Positions 48,391-59,038 of a DNA stretch of 64,000 bases are shown piece by piece (the stretch's first letter is position 1; the number at the start of each line of letters is the position of its first letter). Under the pieces are notes generated by a model. The model did no database searches and had not been told where the DNA came from. It was given only the letters and a program-made list of their open reading frames with translations. The position numbers and the translations under genes were made by a program. Source of the stretch: an uncultured delta proteobacterium (GTDB taxonomy: Bacteria; Desulfobacterota; RBG-13-43-22); NCBI GenBank assembly GCA_963711835.1, contig CAVQFQ010000005.1, positions 192,001 through 256,000 of the forward strand. Reading direction: 5' to 3'.

Positions 48391-48801
48391 GTGCCAAAAA
48401 TCCGCCTTGTGGAGTTGGCCCACGCACGTTCTGGGGACAAAGGGAACACGGTTAACATCGGTCTTTTCCCCTACCAGGAAGGGAATTACGAGCTGTTGAG
48501 AAGCACGGTAACGGCCGAGCGGGTAAAGGAACATTTCAGGGGTCTGGTTGATGGAGAAGTCGTGCGCTACGAGGTGCCGAACCTGCAGGCTTTCAATTTC
48601 GTGCTCAGGAACGCGCTCAACGGAGGGGCCTCTCGCTCTCTTCGTAGCGACAATCTCGGGAAATGTTTCGGCGCTTCTTTGTTGAGGATGGAAATCGAAG
48701 TAAAGGTGATACCCCCGGGCTTACGCCGGTGGGTATCTACGGTTGCTTCTCCTGGAGAATTCCTTCCTGTTTTGGAGTTGGAGGTGTCCCCTCCCCCGTG
48801 A
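48391..48801 (+). CDS. AtuA C-terminal ferredoxin-like domain as stand-alone protein
   Basis: LAHARSGDKGN..NIG, VVRYEVPNLQAFNFV..ALNGG..SLRSDNLGK; homology ends at MEIEV (about 48702) and the ORF tail overlaps mtgA. Confidence 0.88.
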   Translation: MPKIRLVELAHARSGDKGNTVNIGLFPYQEGNYELLRSTVTAERVKEHFRGLVDGEVVRYEVPNLQAFNFVLRNALNGGASRSLRSDNLGKCFGASLLRMEIEVKVIPPGLRRWVSTVASPGEFLPVLELEVSPPP

Positions 48802-49576
48802 TATTTTGTGGGGCTTCCGGTGAACCGGGAGAAACAGACTCAACCGAAATTTCCTCGCTCCGCATGACTTCTTCATAGACCGGAATGAGTAGGCCGCGCC
48901 GGATCATGATGTTTTGTACGATCCGGGACCGGTTTTGAACGGTACGGGAATTTCCCACCGGATTCCATCTTAAGGGATTGGGCAGGACCACGGCCAGGCG
49001 GGCGGCCTCTTCCGCTCCCAGGGCGGCCGCTCCCTTTCCAAAATAATGCCGGGCCGCGGCCTCAGCCCCGAAGATCCCCTCCCCCCATTCCACAACATTA
49101 AGGTAAAGTTCGATGATCCGTTTCTTGGAAAGGGCCTGTTCGATTCTCCAGGTGAGGATGGCTTCTTTGAGTTTTCGAACCGGGTTTTTCGAGGGCGTCA
49201 GAAAGAGGTTTTTGGCCAACTGCTGGCTGATGGTGCTGGCCCCCCATTTAAATTTTTTGGCCTTCAGATCCTTCTCAATGGCCTTCTGGATAGCCTCAAA
49301 ATCAAAACCTTCATGGGACCAGAATTTGTCGTCTTCGGCAATAATGACGGCCTTGACCAGATAAGGTGAGATGCGCGTAAGGGGCACCCAGGTCTGCCGG
49401 ATTCGAACCGCTCGTCCCTCCTCCAGCCATTGCCTCTCCCGGTATTCCATGAAGGCGGTTTTCTTCGGGTTTTCTTTCTTTAAAATGGCGACCTGGGGAA
49501 AGAAGAAAAAGGAGCCCAAATGGAGCAGGAAGCCCAGGAAAAGGACCCCAAGGATAAGGATCAATTTTTTAATCAT
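48737..49576 (-). CDS. mtgA: Monofunctional peptidoglycan transglycosylase
   Basis: IIAEDDKFWSHEGFD, GASTISQQLAKNLFL, RKLKE, SKKRIIELYLNVVEWG, LAVVLPNP. Confidence 0.93.
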   Translation of the reverse strand: MIKKLILILGVLFLGFLLHLGSFFFFPQVAILKKENPKKTAFMEYRERQWLEEGRAVRIRQTWVPLTRISPYLVKAVIIAEDDKFWSHEGFDFEAIQKAIEKDLKAKKFKWGASTISQQLAKNLFLTPSKNPVRKLKEAILTWRIEQALSKKRIIELYLNVVEWGEGIFGAEAAARHYFGKGAAALGAEEAARLAVVLPNPLRWNPVGNSRTVQNRSRIVQNIMIRRGLLIPVYEEVMRSEEISVESVSPGSPEAPQNITGEGTPPTPKQEGILQEKQP

Positions 49577-49845
49577 TTCTTCTTCACCCAAAGGTTAAAA
49601 AGATCCCCCTCCGATGGTCTCATGAGGGGGAATCCTTTTAAAACGTGTAAAAACCTCTTAATAACCATCTACCGGAATGTTTTATTTTGCAAATTATTTT
49701 CAAAAACGGCATCATGAAAGCGGGTGGCTGCCAAGGGATCGGCCAGGATAGCCATTGCTTTTTCTGATCGGTTTTGTCATAATTTATATACTTCATTTTA
49801 GAATTTTCCCTCAAACCATCGGCAGCAAAGGGGCTTCTCAAGGAC

Positions 49846-51933
49846 ATGAAACTAAGGGTCAAAATTTCCATCTTTCTCTCCGTCCTCCTAATTGTCGCCC
49901 TCCTGGTTCAAGCTTACCTCTTCCATCACTTTTTCCAGAGCGCCCTGCTGAGTAATGCCCAATTCTGGCAGGGTAAAATGGCCGAATCCCTGAGCGACAA
50001 GTTAAACAGTCAATTGAAAGAGGCCCAAACGGCCCTGCTGAATATCTCTAATTTTCTGGGAGCCCGATCGCTTCTTTCCAACGATATCAGCGTCGTTGAA
50101 AAAAACCTCAAGTCCGCTTTCACCTCCAGTTCCCTTTTTGATAATGATTTGTTCATCCTCGACAGCCAGGGCCAGGGGACCCTAAGCCATCCTGCTCTAC
50201 CCCATTTCAGGGGAGAAAGTTTTGCATTCCGGGAATACTTCCGACAGACCCAAAGGGACCGCAAGGCAATCATCTCCTCTCCCTATGTCTCCAACCGGAC
50301 CGGGGCGGTTGTTATCACCTTCACCAACCCTTTGCTTTCTCCGGAAGGAAAATTTCTCGGCTTGTTAGGCGGCTCCATGGATATCATGCAGGATAGCCTG
50401 CTGGGGAGACTCAAAGAGATCCGAATCGGAGAGACAGGCAGGATATTGATCTTTGATGCCAACGGTAGGATCATTCTTCAAAGCAATCCCACCGTTTCCT
50501 TTTCAGAAGGCCCTTATTATGTGAGCGACTACATCGGCAAGGACGTTCCCCTGTCTTCCAAGGGCCTGATCCCTTTCCGTTCCAAAGACGGCACACCCTT
50601 TCACCTGGCTTTGAAACGCCTGCCGGCCACGGGCTGGACCCTGGGCATCATCTGGGGCGACAACGAGATGCTGGCCCCATTGAACGTCCTGGAAAAACAG
50701 ATTACCTTTACGCTGTTCATAGGCCTCATCATGGCCCTGCTCCTGGGCGTTTGGGGAACGGAGATCGTGGTTAAACCCCTCCACATCCTTAGCCAGAGTA
50801 TCCGTAATTTCAAAGGGGGCAACTGGGAGGCCCCGCCGGCTTTACTTCAACGACCGGATGAAATTGGAGAGCTGGTCAAGAGCTTCCAGGACATGAGCCG
50901 AAAAGTGGGGGTGATGATTGGTTCTTTGGATTTCCTCCGCTCCTTTTCAGAAGATCTGAACCGCAGCCTCAACTTAGAGGAAGTGCTCGACAAGGCTATA
51001 GACTTAGTGGCCCAGAAGACCGGGGCCGATATGGCTGCCATAACCCTCCTTGATAAGGGCCGAGGCATCGTGGAATATAAAGTCCGTCGAGGCCACACCC
51101 CTGAGTATGTCAAGGCCCATCCCTATTTTCGAGTGGGAGAAGGGGCAACCGGTTCGGTGGTCCAGACCGGTGAGGCGCTGATCCTGCCGGACTATAGTAA
51201 AACCTCCTATGCCACCCCTGAGGCTGTGGAAAAAGGGAATCTCAGGTCCCTGGCTGTTTTTCCCCTAAAAATTCAAGCCCAAACCATTGGGACACTGAAC
51301 ATAGGCTGTACCGACTCCTATGCCTTCCCGGAAGATGAGGTTAATCTCTATCTGAATCTCACCCCTATTATTGCCTCAGCCTTGAATAACGCCCGGGTTC
51401 ATGAGGAGATCCAAACCTTGAATAAAGAATTGGAGGAATTGAGCCGCATAGACGGATTAACCGGTGTTTTCAATCGTCGCTACCTGGAGGAACGGCTGGC
51501 CGGGGAAATCGATCGTTGCGAACGTCTGGGAGGCTATCTGGGGCTTCTTATGATCGACCTGGATAACTTCAAAGGTATAAATGACACCTTCGGCCACGAA
51601 TTCGGGGATGAAATCTTGAGACAGGCCGCCCGGGCACTCCAAGAAAGCTGCCGCAGGATTGATGTGGTCGGAAGATATGGCGGGGATGAGTTCCTGGTCA
51701 TTCTGATTCAGACCGAAGAACCGGTCGCCAAAAAAATCGCTGATAGAATCCGAAGGCGGGCCTTAGAGATTCAACTTCCCGGTTTTCCTGAAAAAATCTA
51801 TGTATCCATCGGGATCGCAGTCGAAAACCAGCACTACCGGGAAATTCTCCGCCAGGCCGACTTTCGGATGTATGCTGAAAAAAAAGCCCATGCCTTAGCG
51901 CGGGCCTCCCAGACACCATCGGATGATTTTTAG
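49846..51933 (+). CDS. Membrane diguanylate cyclase, dCache-HAMP-GAF-GGDEF
   Basis: Two TM segments, FREYF..IISSPYVS (Cache), DEIGELV (HAMP), GEGATG (GAF), DGLTGVFNRR, RRID I-site, RYGGDEF. Confidence 0.93.
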   Translation: MKLRVKISIFLSVLLIVALLVQAYLFHHFFQSALLSNAQFWQGKMAESLSDKLNSQLKEAQTALLNISNFLGARSLLSNDISVVEKNLKSAFTSSSLFDNDLFILDSQGQGTLSHPALPHFRGESFAFREYFRQTQRDRKAIISSPYVSNRTGAVVITFTNPLLSPEGKFLGLLGGSMDIMQDSLLGRLKEIRIGETGRILIFDANGRIILQSNPTVSFSEGPYYVSDYIGKDVPLSSKGLIPFRSKDGTPFHLALKRLPATGWTLGIIWGDNEMLAPLNVLEKQITFTLFIGLIMALLLGVWGTEIVVKPLHILSQSIRNFKGGNWEAPPALLQRPDEIGELVKSFQDMSRKVGVMIGSLDFLRSFSEDLNRSLNLEEVLDKAIDLVAQKTGADMAAITLLDKGRGIVEYKVRRGHTPEYVKAHPYFRVGEGATGSVVQTGEALILPDYSKTSYATPEAVEKGNLRSLAVFPLKIQAQTIGTLNIGCTDSYAFPEDEVNLYLNLTPIIASALNNARVHEEIQTLNKELEELSRIDGLTGVFNRRYLEERLAGEIDRCERLGGYLGLLMIDLDNFKGINDTFGHEFGDEILRQAARALQESCRRIDVVGRYGGDEFLVILIQTEEPVAKKIADRIRRRALEIQLPGFPEKIYVSIGIAVENQHYREILRQADFRMYAEKKAHALARASQTPSDDF

Positions 51934-51959
51934 TTCCTTTAGGGGCCTATCCCCTTTCC

Positions 51960-52979
51960 TTAGAACAGGGCCCGGACAAATTCTTCCGGGTCGAAAGGCT
52001 GCAAGTCCTCTATTTTTTCACCGATTCCGATAAACTCGATCGGGATGTGCAGCTCGTGACAGATCCCCACAATAATCCCGCCTTTGGCCGTCCCATCCAA
52101 TTTGGTTAAAATAATGCCGTTGATTTCCAGGGCTTCATGGAATAATTTGGCCTGCGAAATGGCGTTTTGCCCCATGGTGGCATCCAGCACCAGCAGGGTC
52201 TGATGGGGGGCCTCGGGGATCTCTTTCTGGATCACCCGGCGGATTTTTTTCAACTCTTCCATAAGGTTTACCCGGGTATGAAGACGACCGGCCGTATCGA
52301 TCAGGACCACCTCGCTGCTGCGGGAGCGGGCGGCCTGGATGCCGTCATAGACAACGGCGGAAGGGTCGCGGCCTTCTTTTTGACGGATGATTTCGGCCCC
52401 GGCCCGATTAGCCCAGATCTCGAGCTGCTCTCCGGCGGCGGCCCGGAAGGTATCCCCGGCGACCAGGAGTACCTTTCTCCCGGCTTCCCCGAGGCGTTGG
52501 GCCAATTTCCCGATGGTCGTTGTTTTCCCCACCCCGTTCACCCCGACCACCAGAATCACATAAGGGACCTGAGAAAAATCGGGAATTTTCCCGGGCACAT
52601 CCAGGAAACGAAAAATTTCCGCCTGCAGCGTTTCCTTGAGGCGTTCGGGATCGCTCAATTCCTTGCGTTTGACCTTCTCTTGGACCAATTCGATCAGGGC
52701 CCGGGTGGTTTCGACGCCCAGATCCGAGGTAATCAGGATCTCCTCCAATTCATCCAACAGGTCTTCGTCGATGGTTTTCTTGCCCAGGACCAAACGGTCT
52801 ACCCGGGTTATCAGGGTTTCCCGGGTCTTGGTCAGCCGTTCCTTTAAACGGCTGAAAAAGCCTTGGCCGTTTTCTTTTGACTCCTCCAGGGCCCGGGCTG
52901 CTCTTTCCCCGGTCTCTCTCTCCGGCTGGAGATCAGCTGTCTTTTTATCATCCTCTTTCCGGTGAAACCATTTAAACAT
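51960..52979 (-). CDS. ftsY: SRP receptor GTPase FtsY
   Basis: GVNGVGKTTTIGKLA, DTFRAAA, DTAGRLH, TKLDGTAKGG, IGIGE. Confidence 0.97.
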   Translation of the reverse strand: MFKWFHRKEDDKKTADLQPERETGERAARALEESKENGQGFFSRLKERLTKTRETLITRVDRLVLGKKTIDEDLLDELEEILITSDLGVETTRALIELVQEKVKRKELSDPERLKETLQAEIFRFLDVPGKIPDFSQVPYVILVVGVNGVGKTTTIGKLAQRLGEAGRKVLLVAGDTFRAAAGEQLEIWANRAGAEIIRQKEGRDPSAVVYDGIQAARSRSSEVVLIDTAGRLHTRVNLMEELKKIRRVIQKEIPEAPHQTLLVLDATMGQNAISQAKLFHEALEINGIILTKLDGTAKGGIIVGICHELHIPIEFIGIGEKIEDLQPFDPEEFVRALF

Positions 52980-53119
52980 GGGGTTTTCCTTTCCTATTCC
53001 GGCCCGGCCCCCAGGAACGGGAACCGGGCCGCAGATCTCAAGGTGGGAGCCATTATAAAAGAAATCTCCTTCAGGGGAGAAGAAAAAAGTCCGGTTCCTT
53101 TTTTCGGATAGGGGGGCGG

Positions 53120-56100
53120 CTATTGAATGGTGGCCAGTTGAACCGAAACCAGCTTGGAGATGCCGGGTTGCTCCATGGTGACCCCGAACAGGGTATCGGC
53201 CATTTCCATTACCCGGCGATTATGGGTTATCAGAATAATTTGAGAATCTTTGACGATACCGTGAACCAGACCTTTGAATCGTTCCACATTGGCCTCATCC
53301 AGAAAGGCATCGATTTCATCCAAAAGGCAAAATGGACTGGGCTTAACTAAGTAAATGGAAAAAAGCAGGGCCAAGGCGGTTAAAGCCTTCTCCCCCCCGG
53401 AAAGGAGACTCATATTGGTCAGCCTTTTCCCCGGGGGATGGACTATTATTTCCACTCCCGATTCCAGAGGGTCATCCTCGTCGGTCAGGGAAAGTTTGGC
53501 GCTCCCCCCGGCGAACAGGATCGGAAAAACCTCCTCCATCTTCTCCTGAACGGACTTAAAGGTCCCCAGGAACAGGTCTTTGGAGGTGGAATTGATTTTA
53601 TGGATGGCCCGTTTCAGGGAGTCGATGGACTTCAACAGATCCTCTTCCTGGGATTTATAAAAATCGTGCCGTTCCTTAAAGGCGTTATATTCTTCAATGG
53701 CCGTCAGGTTCACTTCTCCGATCTGTTCCAATTTTTCCTTAAATTCCTGCCGCTTTTGTTTTAACGATTCGGAATCCTCTTCCCTCTGGCCGTGGGTTTC
53801 GACAATATCTGCTATGGATAAACCGGACCGCTCCAGGGCCAGTTCCTTAAGATGGTCGATCTTCAACACCCGCCGGCTGTTTTCGAGATGAAGTTCATTC
53901 TCAACCGCTTCCGCTTCGGCAACTTTTCCCCGGCTCTCCCTCAAGTCCCCTTCCAGTTCTTCTTTCCGGGCTACCGAATCTTCCCATTTCAGGTTGATTT
54001 CCTTTAAATACTCCTCCAGGCGGCTCACTTTTTCCCCCAGCCCCTGGACGACCCCCTGCCCGATTTGCAGGTTTTCTTTCAGGCCGGATTTGATCTCCTC
54101 GGCCCGGGTTATTTTTTCCAGGATCTTGCTTTGTCGGGTCCGTTTTTCCTCCAGAGCCTCCCGGAGCCGCTGCCATTCCTTGCCAATGTGTTCCCCTTTT
54201 TCTTTTAAGGCCGATAAAAAAGTCTGAGATTGGGTGAAGGCCTCCCTTTTCTGCTCCAGGGCCTCTTCCAGCCCTTTCAGGGTTGCTTCAAAACCCTGGA
54301 TCTCTCCTTTGAGCTCGTGAACGGACTGGTTTAACCGTTCTTCTTCCACAGCCAGGGTGCGTTCTTCGGAGGCGTCATCGGCTTCCAGGGAACGCATTTC
54401 ATCCTCCTCGATACCCAATAACTGGTAACGCTTCTCAAGGGGTTTGGCCTGCTCCTGATAGCCGAAGACCTGTTTTTCGAATTCGAAAAGGCGCTTTTCC
54501 ACCCCGGCCTTTTCCTCTTCCAAAGCCTGCCCTTGGAGGGTCAGGTCCTGAAGGACCGTTTCCAACTCGGCCAGTTCTTCCTTTTTAGAGGCTACCTTGC
54601 CTTGCTGCTCCTGAACCTTATTCTCCAGGCGGCGGATAACATTTTTCTGATAGAGGATCCCGCTTTCAAGGCTTCCCAGACTGCCTCCGGCAATGAACCC
54701 CCGCTGGTCGATCACATCCCCCTCCCGGGTAACCAGGGAAAACTCTCCGGGGCAATTCTCCCAAACCTTCAGGGCCTGGGTAAGATCGGCGACCAAAAAA
54801 TAATTTCCCAGGATGGCCTGTAGCCCTTCCTGGATATCTTCTCCGGCGGACACTTTGGATAACAGGGGTTCCAACCCCTTTTCTTCCCCTGGAAAACCCT
54901 GTTTCCCGGGCCGCTGCACCTGGCCCAGGGGAATAAAACCGGCCTTCCCCCGGTTGGTTTCCTTTAAATAGCGGATTCCCTCCAGGGCCTTTTCCGGATT
55001 TTTTATCAGGATGGCCTGCAAGGCTTCCCCTAAGGCCGCCTCCACGGCCAATTCATAGCCGGGCTCGGTCTCGATCCCTTCGGCCAGCACCATAAAAAAT
55101 TCATGGCTTGGTTCCGACCCGGGCGACCATTTTTCCTGAAGCAGGGTCCGGACCCCGGTCTGGTAGCTTTGGTAATTATCCCGGATTTCCTGAAGATTGT
55201 TTATCTGGGCCAGATCCTGTTGAAGGGTCTGTTCCAACAGACGGAGTTCATCCGCCAGCCCTTTTCTTAGTTCTTTCTTTTGGAATTTCTCCTGCTGGAT
55301 CCGGGAGAGGCTCTCTCCTAATTGTTGTAACGACTGCCGGACCTCGGAAGAAGCGGTTTCCGTCTCCCTACCCGAGGTCCGGAGCTGGTTCAGACGATCT
55401 TGAAGCTGAGCCTTTTCTTCCGCCTGGCGGAGGGTCCTCCGGTTACGATCTTCCCGAACCTTGACCAATCCGGAGCGCTGATTCCTGACTTTGGTCAGCT
55501 CGGTTAATTGGGTAACCAGGAGGTCTTTCAGTTTTTCATGGCTTTCGGCAGTGCGGCTGAGTGCTTCCTTGGCTTGGGCAACGGCCTGTTCCTGTTCCCG
55601 ATCTCTTTCCTGTTCTTTCGAAAACCTCTCGGAAAAAGAGGCTACTTCTTCCTCCAGGGATTTTTCCTCTCTGTTCTTCTCGAGGAGCCAATTTTCTATT
55701 TCCCTGGATTCTCTCTGGTGCTCCAGGTCTTCCCGTTCCAGATTACCGATCTCTTTGGCGTAGTTTTGAACCAGGTCTTCCTGCCGCTGCCATTCCGTTT
55801 TCTGCAGATAATACTGTTCCTGCTGCTCCTTAAGCTCCCGCTCCAGATCCAGGAGTTGCGACTGCAGGACCTGGCCATTTTTTTCCAGGGCCTGAACCTG
55901 CGTTTTGGCCTCTTCCACCCGGCCTTCCTGGTCCAAAAGGTGCCGGTCCTTGAGGACCTTTTCCTGTTCCAGTTCCTGATATTCCCGGGCCAGGAGGACC
56001 AATTCCACCTCCTTGGATTGCTTTCGAATCTCCTTAAAGCGTTCGGCCTTCTTGGCCTGGCGGTACAGAGAATTCATCTGCCGCCGCACCTCGGCAATGA

Positions 56101-56689
56101 CGTCCCCGACCCGCAACAGGTTTTGCTGGGTCAGGTCCAGCTTGCGCAGGCTTTCGTTTTTCTTGCTTTTATATTTGGAAATCCCGGCCGCTTCTTCGAT
56201 CCAGTGGCGGCGATCTTCGGGTTTGGAGTCGATAATCGCCCCCACCCGGCCCTGTTCAATGACGGCATAAGCCTTGCTGCCCGCCCCGGTATCCATAAAA
56301 AGATGGGTGATGTCTTTCAATCGGCAGGGTCTTTTATTAATGGCGTATTCGCTTTCCCCGTCGCGAAACAGACGCCGGGTGACCATAACCTCATTAACAC
56401 CGCTGTATTCGGGGGGCATGGAGCCGTTATCGTTATCGAGGACCAGAGAAACCTCGGCCATGCCGAGAGAAGACTTGCCGTTCGACCCGGCGAAGATGAC
56501 ATCCTCCATCCCCTTGCCGCGGAGCTGTTTGGGGCTTTGTTCACCCATGACCCATTTGATGGCATCCACGATATTGCTTTTCCCGCAGCCGTTGGGTCCG
56601 ACCACCCCGCTGATACCCTTGGGAAAAGGGATCACCGTTTTTTCTTGAAAGGATTTAAACCCGTTAAGTTCCAATCGTTTAATCTTCAC
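53120..56689 (-). CDS. smc: Chromosome segregation protein SMC
   Basis: GFKSF, VGPNGCGKSN, long coiled coils with hinge, LSGGEKAL, LDEIDA.LD, ITHN. Confidence 0.97.
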   Translation of the reverse strand: MKIKRLELNGFKSFQEKTVIPFPKGISGVVGPNGCGKSNIVDAIKWVMGEQSPKQLRGKGMEDVIFAGSNGKSSLGMAEVSLVLDNDNGSMPPEYSGVNEVMVTRRLFRDGESEYAINKRPCRLKDITHLFMDTGAGSKAYAVIEQGRVGAIIDSKPEDRRHWIEEAAGISKYKSKKNESLRKLDLTQQNLLRVGDVIAEVRRQMNSLYRQAKKAERFKEIRKQSKEVELVLLAREYQELEQEKVLKDRHLLDQEGRVEEAKTQVQALEKNGQVLQSQLLDLERELKEQQEQYYLQKTEWQRQEDLVQNYAKEIGNLEREDLEHQRESREIENWLLEKNREEKSLEEEVASFSERFSKEQERDREQEQAVAQAKEALSRTAESHEKLKDLLVTQLTELTKVRNQRSGLVKVREDRNRRTLRQAEEKAQLQDRLNQLRTSGRETETASSEVRQSLQQLGESLSRIQQEKFQKKELRKGLADELRLLEQTLQQDLAQINNLQEIRDNYQSYQTGVRTLLQEKWSPGSEPSHEFFMVLAEGIETEPGYELAVEAALGEALQAILIKNPEKALEGIRYLKETNRGKAGFIPLGQVQRPGKQGFPGEEKGLEPLLSKVSAGEDIQEGLQAILGNYFLVADLTQALKVWENCPGEFSLVTREGDVIDQRGFIAGGSLGSLESGILYQKNVIRRLENKVQEQQGKVASKKEELAELETVLQDLTLQGQALEEEKAGVEKRLFEFEKQVFGYQEQAKPLEKRYQLLGIEEDEMRSLEADDASEERTLAVEEERLNQSVHELKGEIQGFEATLKGLEEALEQKREAFTQSQTFLSALKEKGEHIGKEWQRLREALEEKRTRQSKILEKITRAEEIKSGLKENLQIGQGVVQGLGEKVSRLEEYLKEINLKWEDSVARKEELEGDLRESRGKVAEAEAVENELHLENSRRVLKIDHLKELALERSGLSIADIVETHGQREEDSESLKQKRQEFKEKLEQIGEVNLTAIEEYNAFKERHDFYKSQEEDLLKSIDSLKRAIHKINSTSKDLFLGTFKSVQEKMEEVFPILFAGGSAKLSLTDEDDPLESGVEIIVHPPGKRLTNMSLLSGGEKALTALALLFSIYLVKPSPFCLLDEIDAFLDEANVERFKGLVHGIVKDSQIILITHNRRVMEMADTLFGVTMEQPGISKLVSVQLATIQ

Positions 56690-56886
56690 GTTGCGATCTC
56701 TCCTTCCAGAAATGCCTAAGGCTCGATGAGTTCAATAGGCCGTTTGCCTTCCAAGGGGGCAGAGGGGCTTGAGAAACCCGTTCGGGAATCGCCTTCAATC
56801 CGGATTATCTTGGCTGTTATTTTAAACGAGAAAAGGACTTATTGTAAAGAAAAAAATACAACAGGAAGGATTCTTTTTCAAAGACC

Positions 56887-56902
56887 CTACCATATCTTGT
56901 AG
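56887..56902. promoter_or_regulatory. NrdR-box-like palindrome upstream of smc
   Basis: CTACCATATCTTGTAG (reverse CTACAAGATATGGTAG) resembles acaCwAtATaTwGtgt; weak second box 31 bp away. Confidence 0.45.
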
Positions 56903-56956
56903 TCGGACCGCCGCCCTCCAGCCCGCCTAAGGTTGAGTTGGAATCAAACCCTTTGG

Positions 56957-59038
56957 TCAGCCTGAGATGGAAAATTTAGAAAAAACAGCGAACCGGTTAA
57001 AAAGAGAGGTCAGGTAAAAAAGCAGGGCCAGCCGATTATTTTTGACCTGATTATCCGGGGCCATGACCAGGACTTTATCAAAGAAGGCATCAATGGGGGT
57101 CCTGAGCTGGGCCAGCTCCTGGAGATAGGCCAGGAACTTTTGTTCCCGAAATAACTGCTTGAGCCGCTCTTCTTTCTCACGAATCAAGGCCAATAGCTCC
57201 AATTCCTGAGGTTCGATCAGAAGGGCCTTATCCACCAGCCCCAGTTCGGAGGCCGAAATCCCCTTCAAAATATTCAAAGCCCGTTTACAGCCCCTGGTCA
57301 GGGAAGAAAAATCCGGGTGCTGCTGGAATTGGTCTAAGGCCTGGGCTCGGGCCTTCACTTCGCCAAGGTCATCCCAACCGCCGGCCAGGACAGCCTCAAT
57401 GGTCTCCCGGCCGATGCCTTCGGCCTCCAAAAGGTGCCCCAGGCGCAGGTTGAAAAATTCAAAGAGATTCCTTTTAATCTGCTCGGGCGCCTCTCCCGCC
57501 ACATTCGTAAAGGACTCAAGCCCGCGATCGAACACCCGGGACAAGGACAGGGAATAGCCCTTATCCCAGATAACCAGAATCAGGCCCTGGGCCATCCGGC
57601 GCAGGGCATACGGATCGGCCGAGCCGGTTGGGATCTGGCCCAGGCTGAAAAAACCCAGGAGCGAATCGAGACGATCGGCCATTCCCACCAAAGCCCCGGT
57701 GGTGCTTTGGGGCAAAGCCCCGTCATGGGAATAAGGCCGGTAATGGTCCTCGATCCCCTGGGCCACCTCTTCCGGTTCCCCGGCCCGCAAGGCGTATTCC
57801 CGGCCCATTATCCCCTGCAGGGTGGGAAATTCTCCAACCATATGGGTGGTCAGGTCGGCCTTGCATAACCAGGCGGTTCTGGCAACCCCTTCCGTCTTCT
57901 CCGGCGCCAGTTTCCGGGCCAGGAAGGCGGCCAAGGCCACGATCCGTTCCACCTTTTCATAGGACGTTCCCAGGCGGGAGTGAAAGACCACCCCTTTCAA
58001 GAGCGAAATCTTTTTTTCCAAAGGTTCTTTCAGGTCCTCCAGGAAAAAAAACCGGGCGTCCGAAAGGCGGGCTCGAAGGACCTTTTCATGGCCCCGAATA
58101 ACCTGGTCCGAATTTTGGACCTCGGTATTATTGACGGCAATGAAGCGCGGCATCAAGGAACCATCGGTCTTAAACAAAGGGAAATAACGCTGGTGTTCTT
58201 TCATGGAAGTAATCAAAACCTGGGCCGGAAGGGCCAAGAAGGCCTCGTCGAACCGACCTTCTACCGGAGCCGGGTATTCCACTAAATGGGTCACCTCTTG
58301 AACCAGCTCGGGGTCGGGCAAAAGCGTCCCCCCGGCCTTTTTTGAGAGGCTCTCCAATCCCTTCAGGAGCAAGGCCCGGCGCGTTTCCGGATCTGCGATT
58401 ACAAAGGCTTCCTGGAGTTTGGGCAGATAGTCGGCCGCATCCCGAAGAGAAATAGGCCCTCCGGCCATGAAACGATGCCCCCGGGTTTGGTTTCCGCTTT
58501 CAATCTCTCCGATTCGAAAGGGAATCACCTGATCCCCCCAAAGGGCCACCAGCCAATGAATAGGGCGGGCAAAACGAATGGTCCCTTCTCCCCAGCGCAT
58601 AGATTTAGGAAAAGGAAGGTCCAGAATAAGTTGGGGAAGCAGTTCCCTTAAAACCGTTGCAGCGGCCAGGCCCTTGGTTTTATGCCTTAGTCCCAGATAA
58701 ATCCCTTTAGGGGTGTCAATGAGTTCCAATTCTTCGAGGGCCCGTTTTTTGGCCTTGGCAAAGCCATAAGCCACCTGGGTCGGTTGGCCGTCTTCCGAAA
58801 AAGCCCGATTTTGAGGAGGACCGATGATCGTTTCCTCCTGATCGGTCTGGAAGGAAGCCAGATCTGAGACAAAAAGCGTCAGGCGTCTGGGCGTACCCAT
58901 GGTTTTCAATTCACCAAAACTTAGACGCTGCTGCTGAAGTCTTTCCCGGGCCGACTCCTTTAAGGCTTGTAAGGCCCCGGGAATAAAGCGGGCCGGGATT
59001 TCTTCAGTGCCGATTTCCAATAAAAAAGTGTCTTTCAT
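56957..59038 (-). CDS. glyS: Glycine--tRNA ligase beta subunit
   Basis: LLEIGTEEIP, TPRRL, PKSMRWG, FARPIHW, KADL...EFPTLQG.MG, PTGSADPYALRR, FFDKVLVM. Confidence 0.97.
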   Translation of the reverse strand: MKDTFLLEIGTEEIPARFIPGALQALKESARERLQQQRLSFGELKTMGTPRRLTLFVSDLASFQTDQEETIIGPPQNRAFSEDGQPTQVAYGFAKAKKRALEELELIDTPKGIYLGLRHKTKGLAAATVLRELLPQLILDLPFPKSMRWGEGTIRFARPIHWLVALWGDQVIPFRIGEIESGNQTRGHRFMAGGPISLRDAADYLPKLQEAFVIADPETRRALLLKGLESLSKKAGGTLLPDPELVQEVTHLVEYPAPVEGRFDEAFLALPAQVLITSMKEHQRYFPLFKTDGSLMPRFIAVNNTEVQNSDQVIRGHEKVLRARLSDARFFFLEDLKEPLEKKISLLKGVVFHSRLGTSYEKVERIVALAAFLARKLAPEKTEGVARTAWLCKADLTTHMVGEFPTLQGIMGREYALRAGEPEEVAQGIEDHYRPYSHDGALPQSTTGALVGMADRLDSLLGFFSLGQIPTGSADPYALRRMAQGLILVIWDKGYSLSLSRVFDRGLESFTNVAGEAPEQIKRNLFEFFNLRLGHLLEAEGIGRETIEAVLAGGWDDLGEVKARAQALDQFQQHPDFSSLTRGCKRALNILKGISASELGLVDKALLIEPQELELLALIREKEERLKQLFREQKFLAYLQELAQLRTPIDAFFDKVLVMAPDNQVKNNRLALLFYLTSLFNRFAVFSKFSISG

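Noticed and set aside
55508-56719. 403-aa plus-strand ORF
   Set aside because: Antisense to smc; Leu/Phe-rich mirror of Glu/Lys codons
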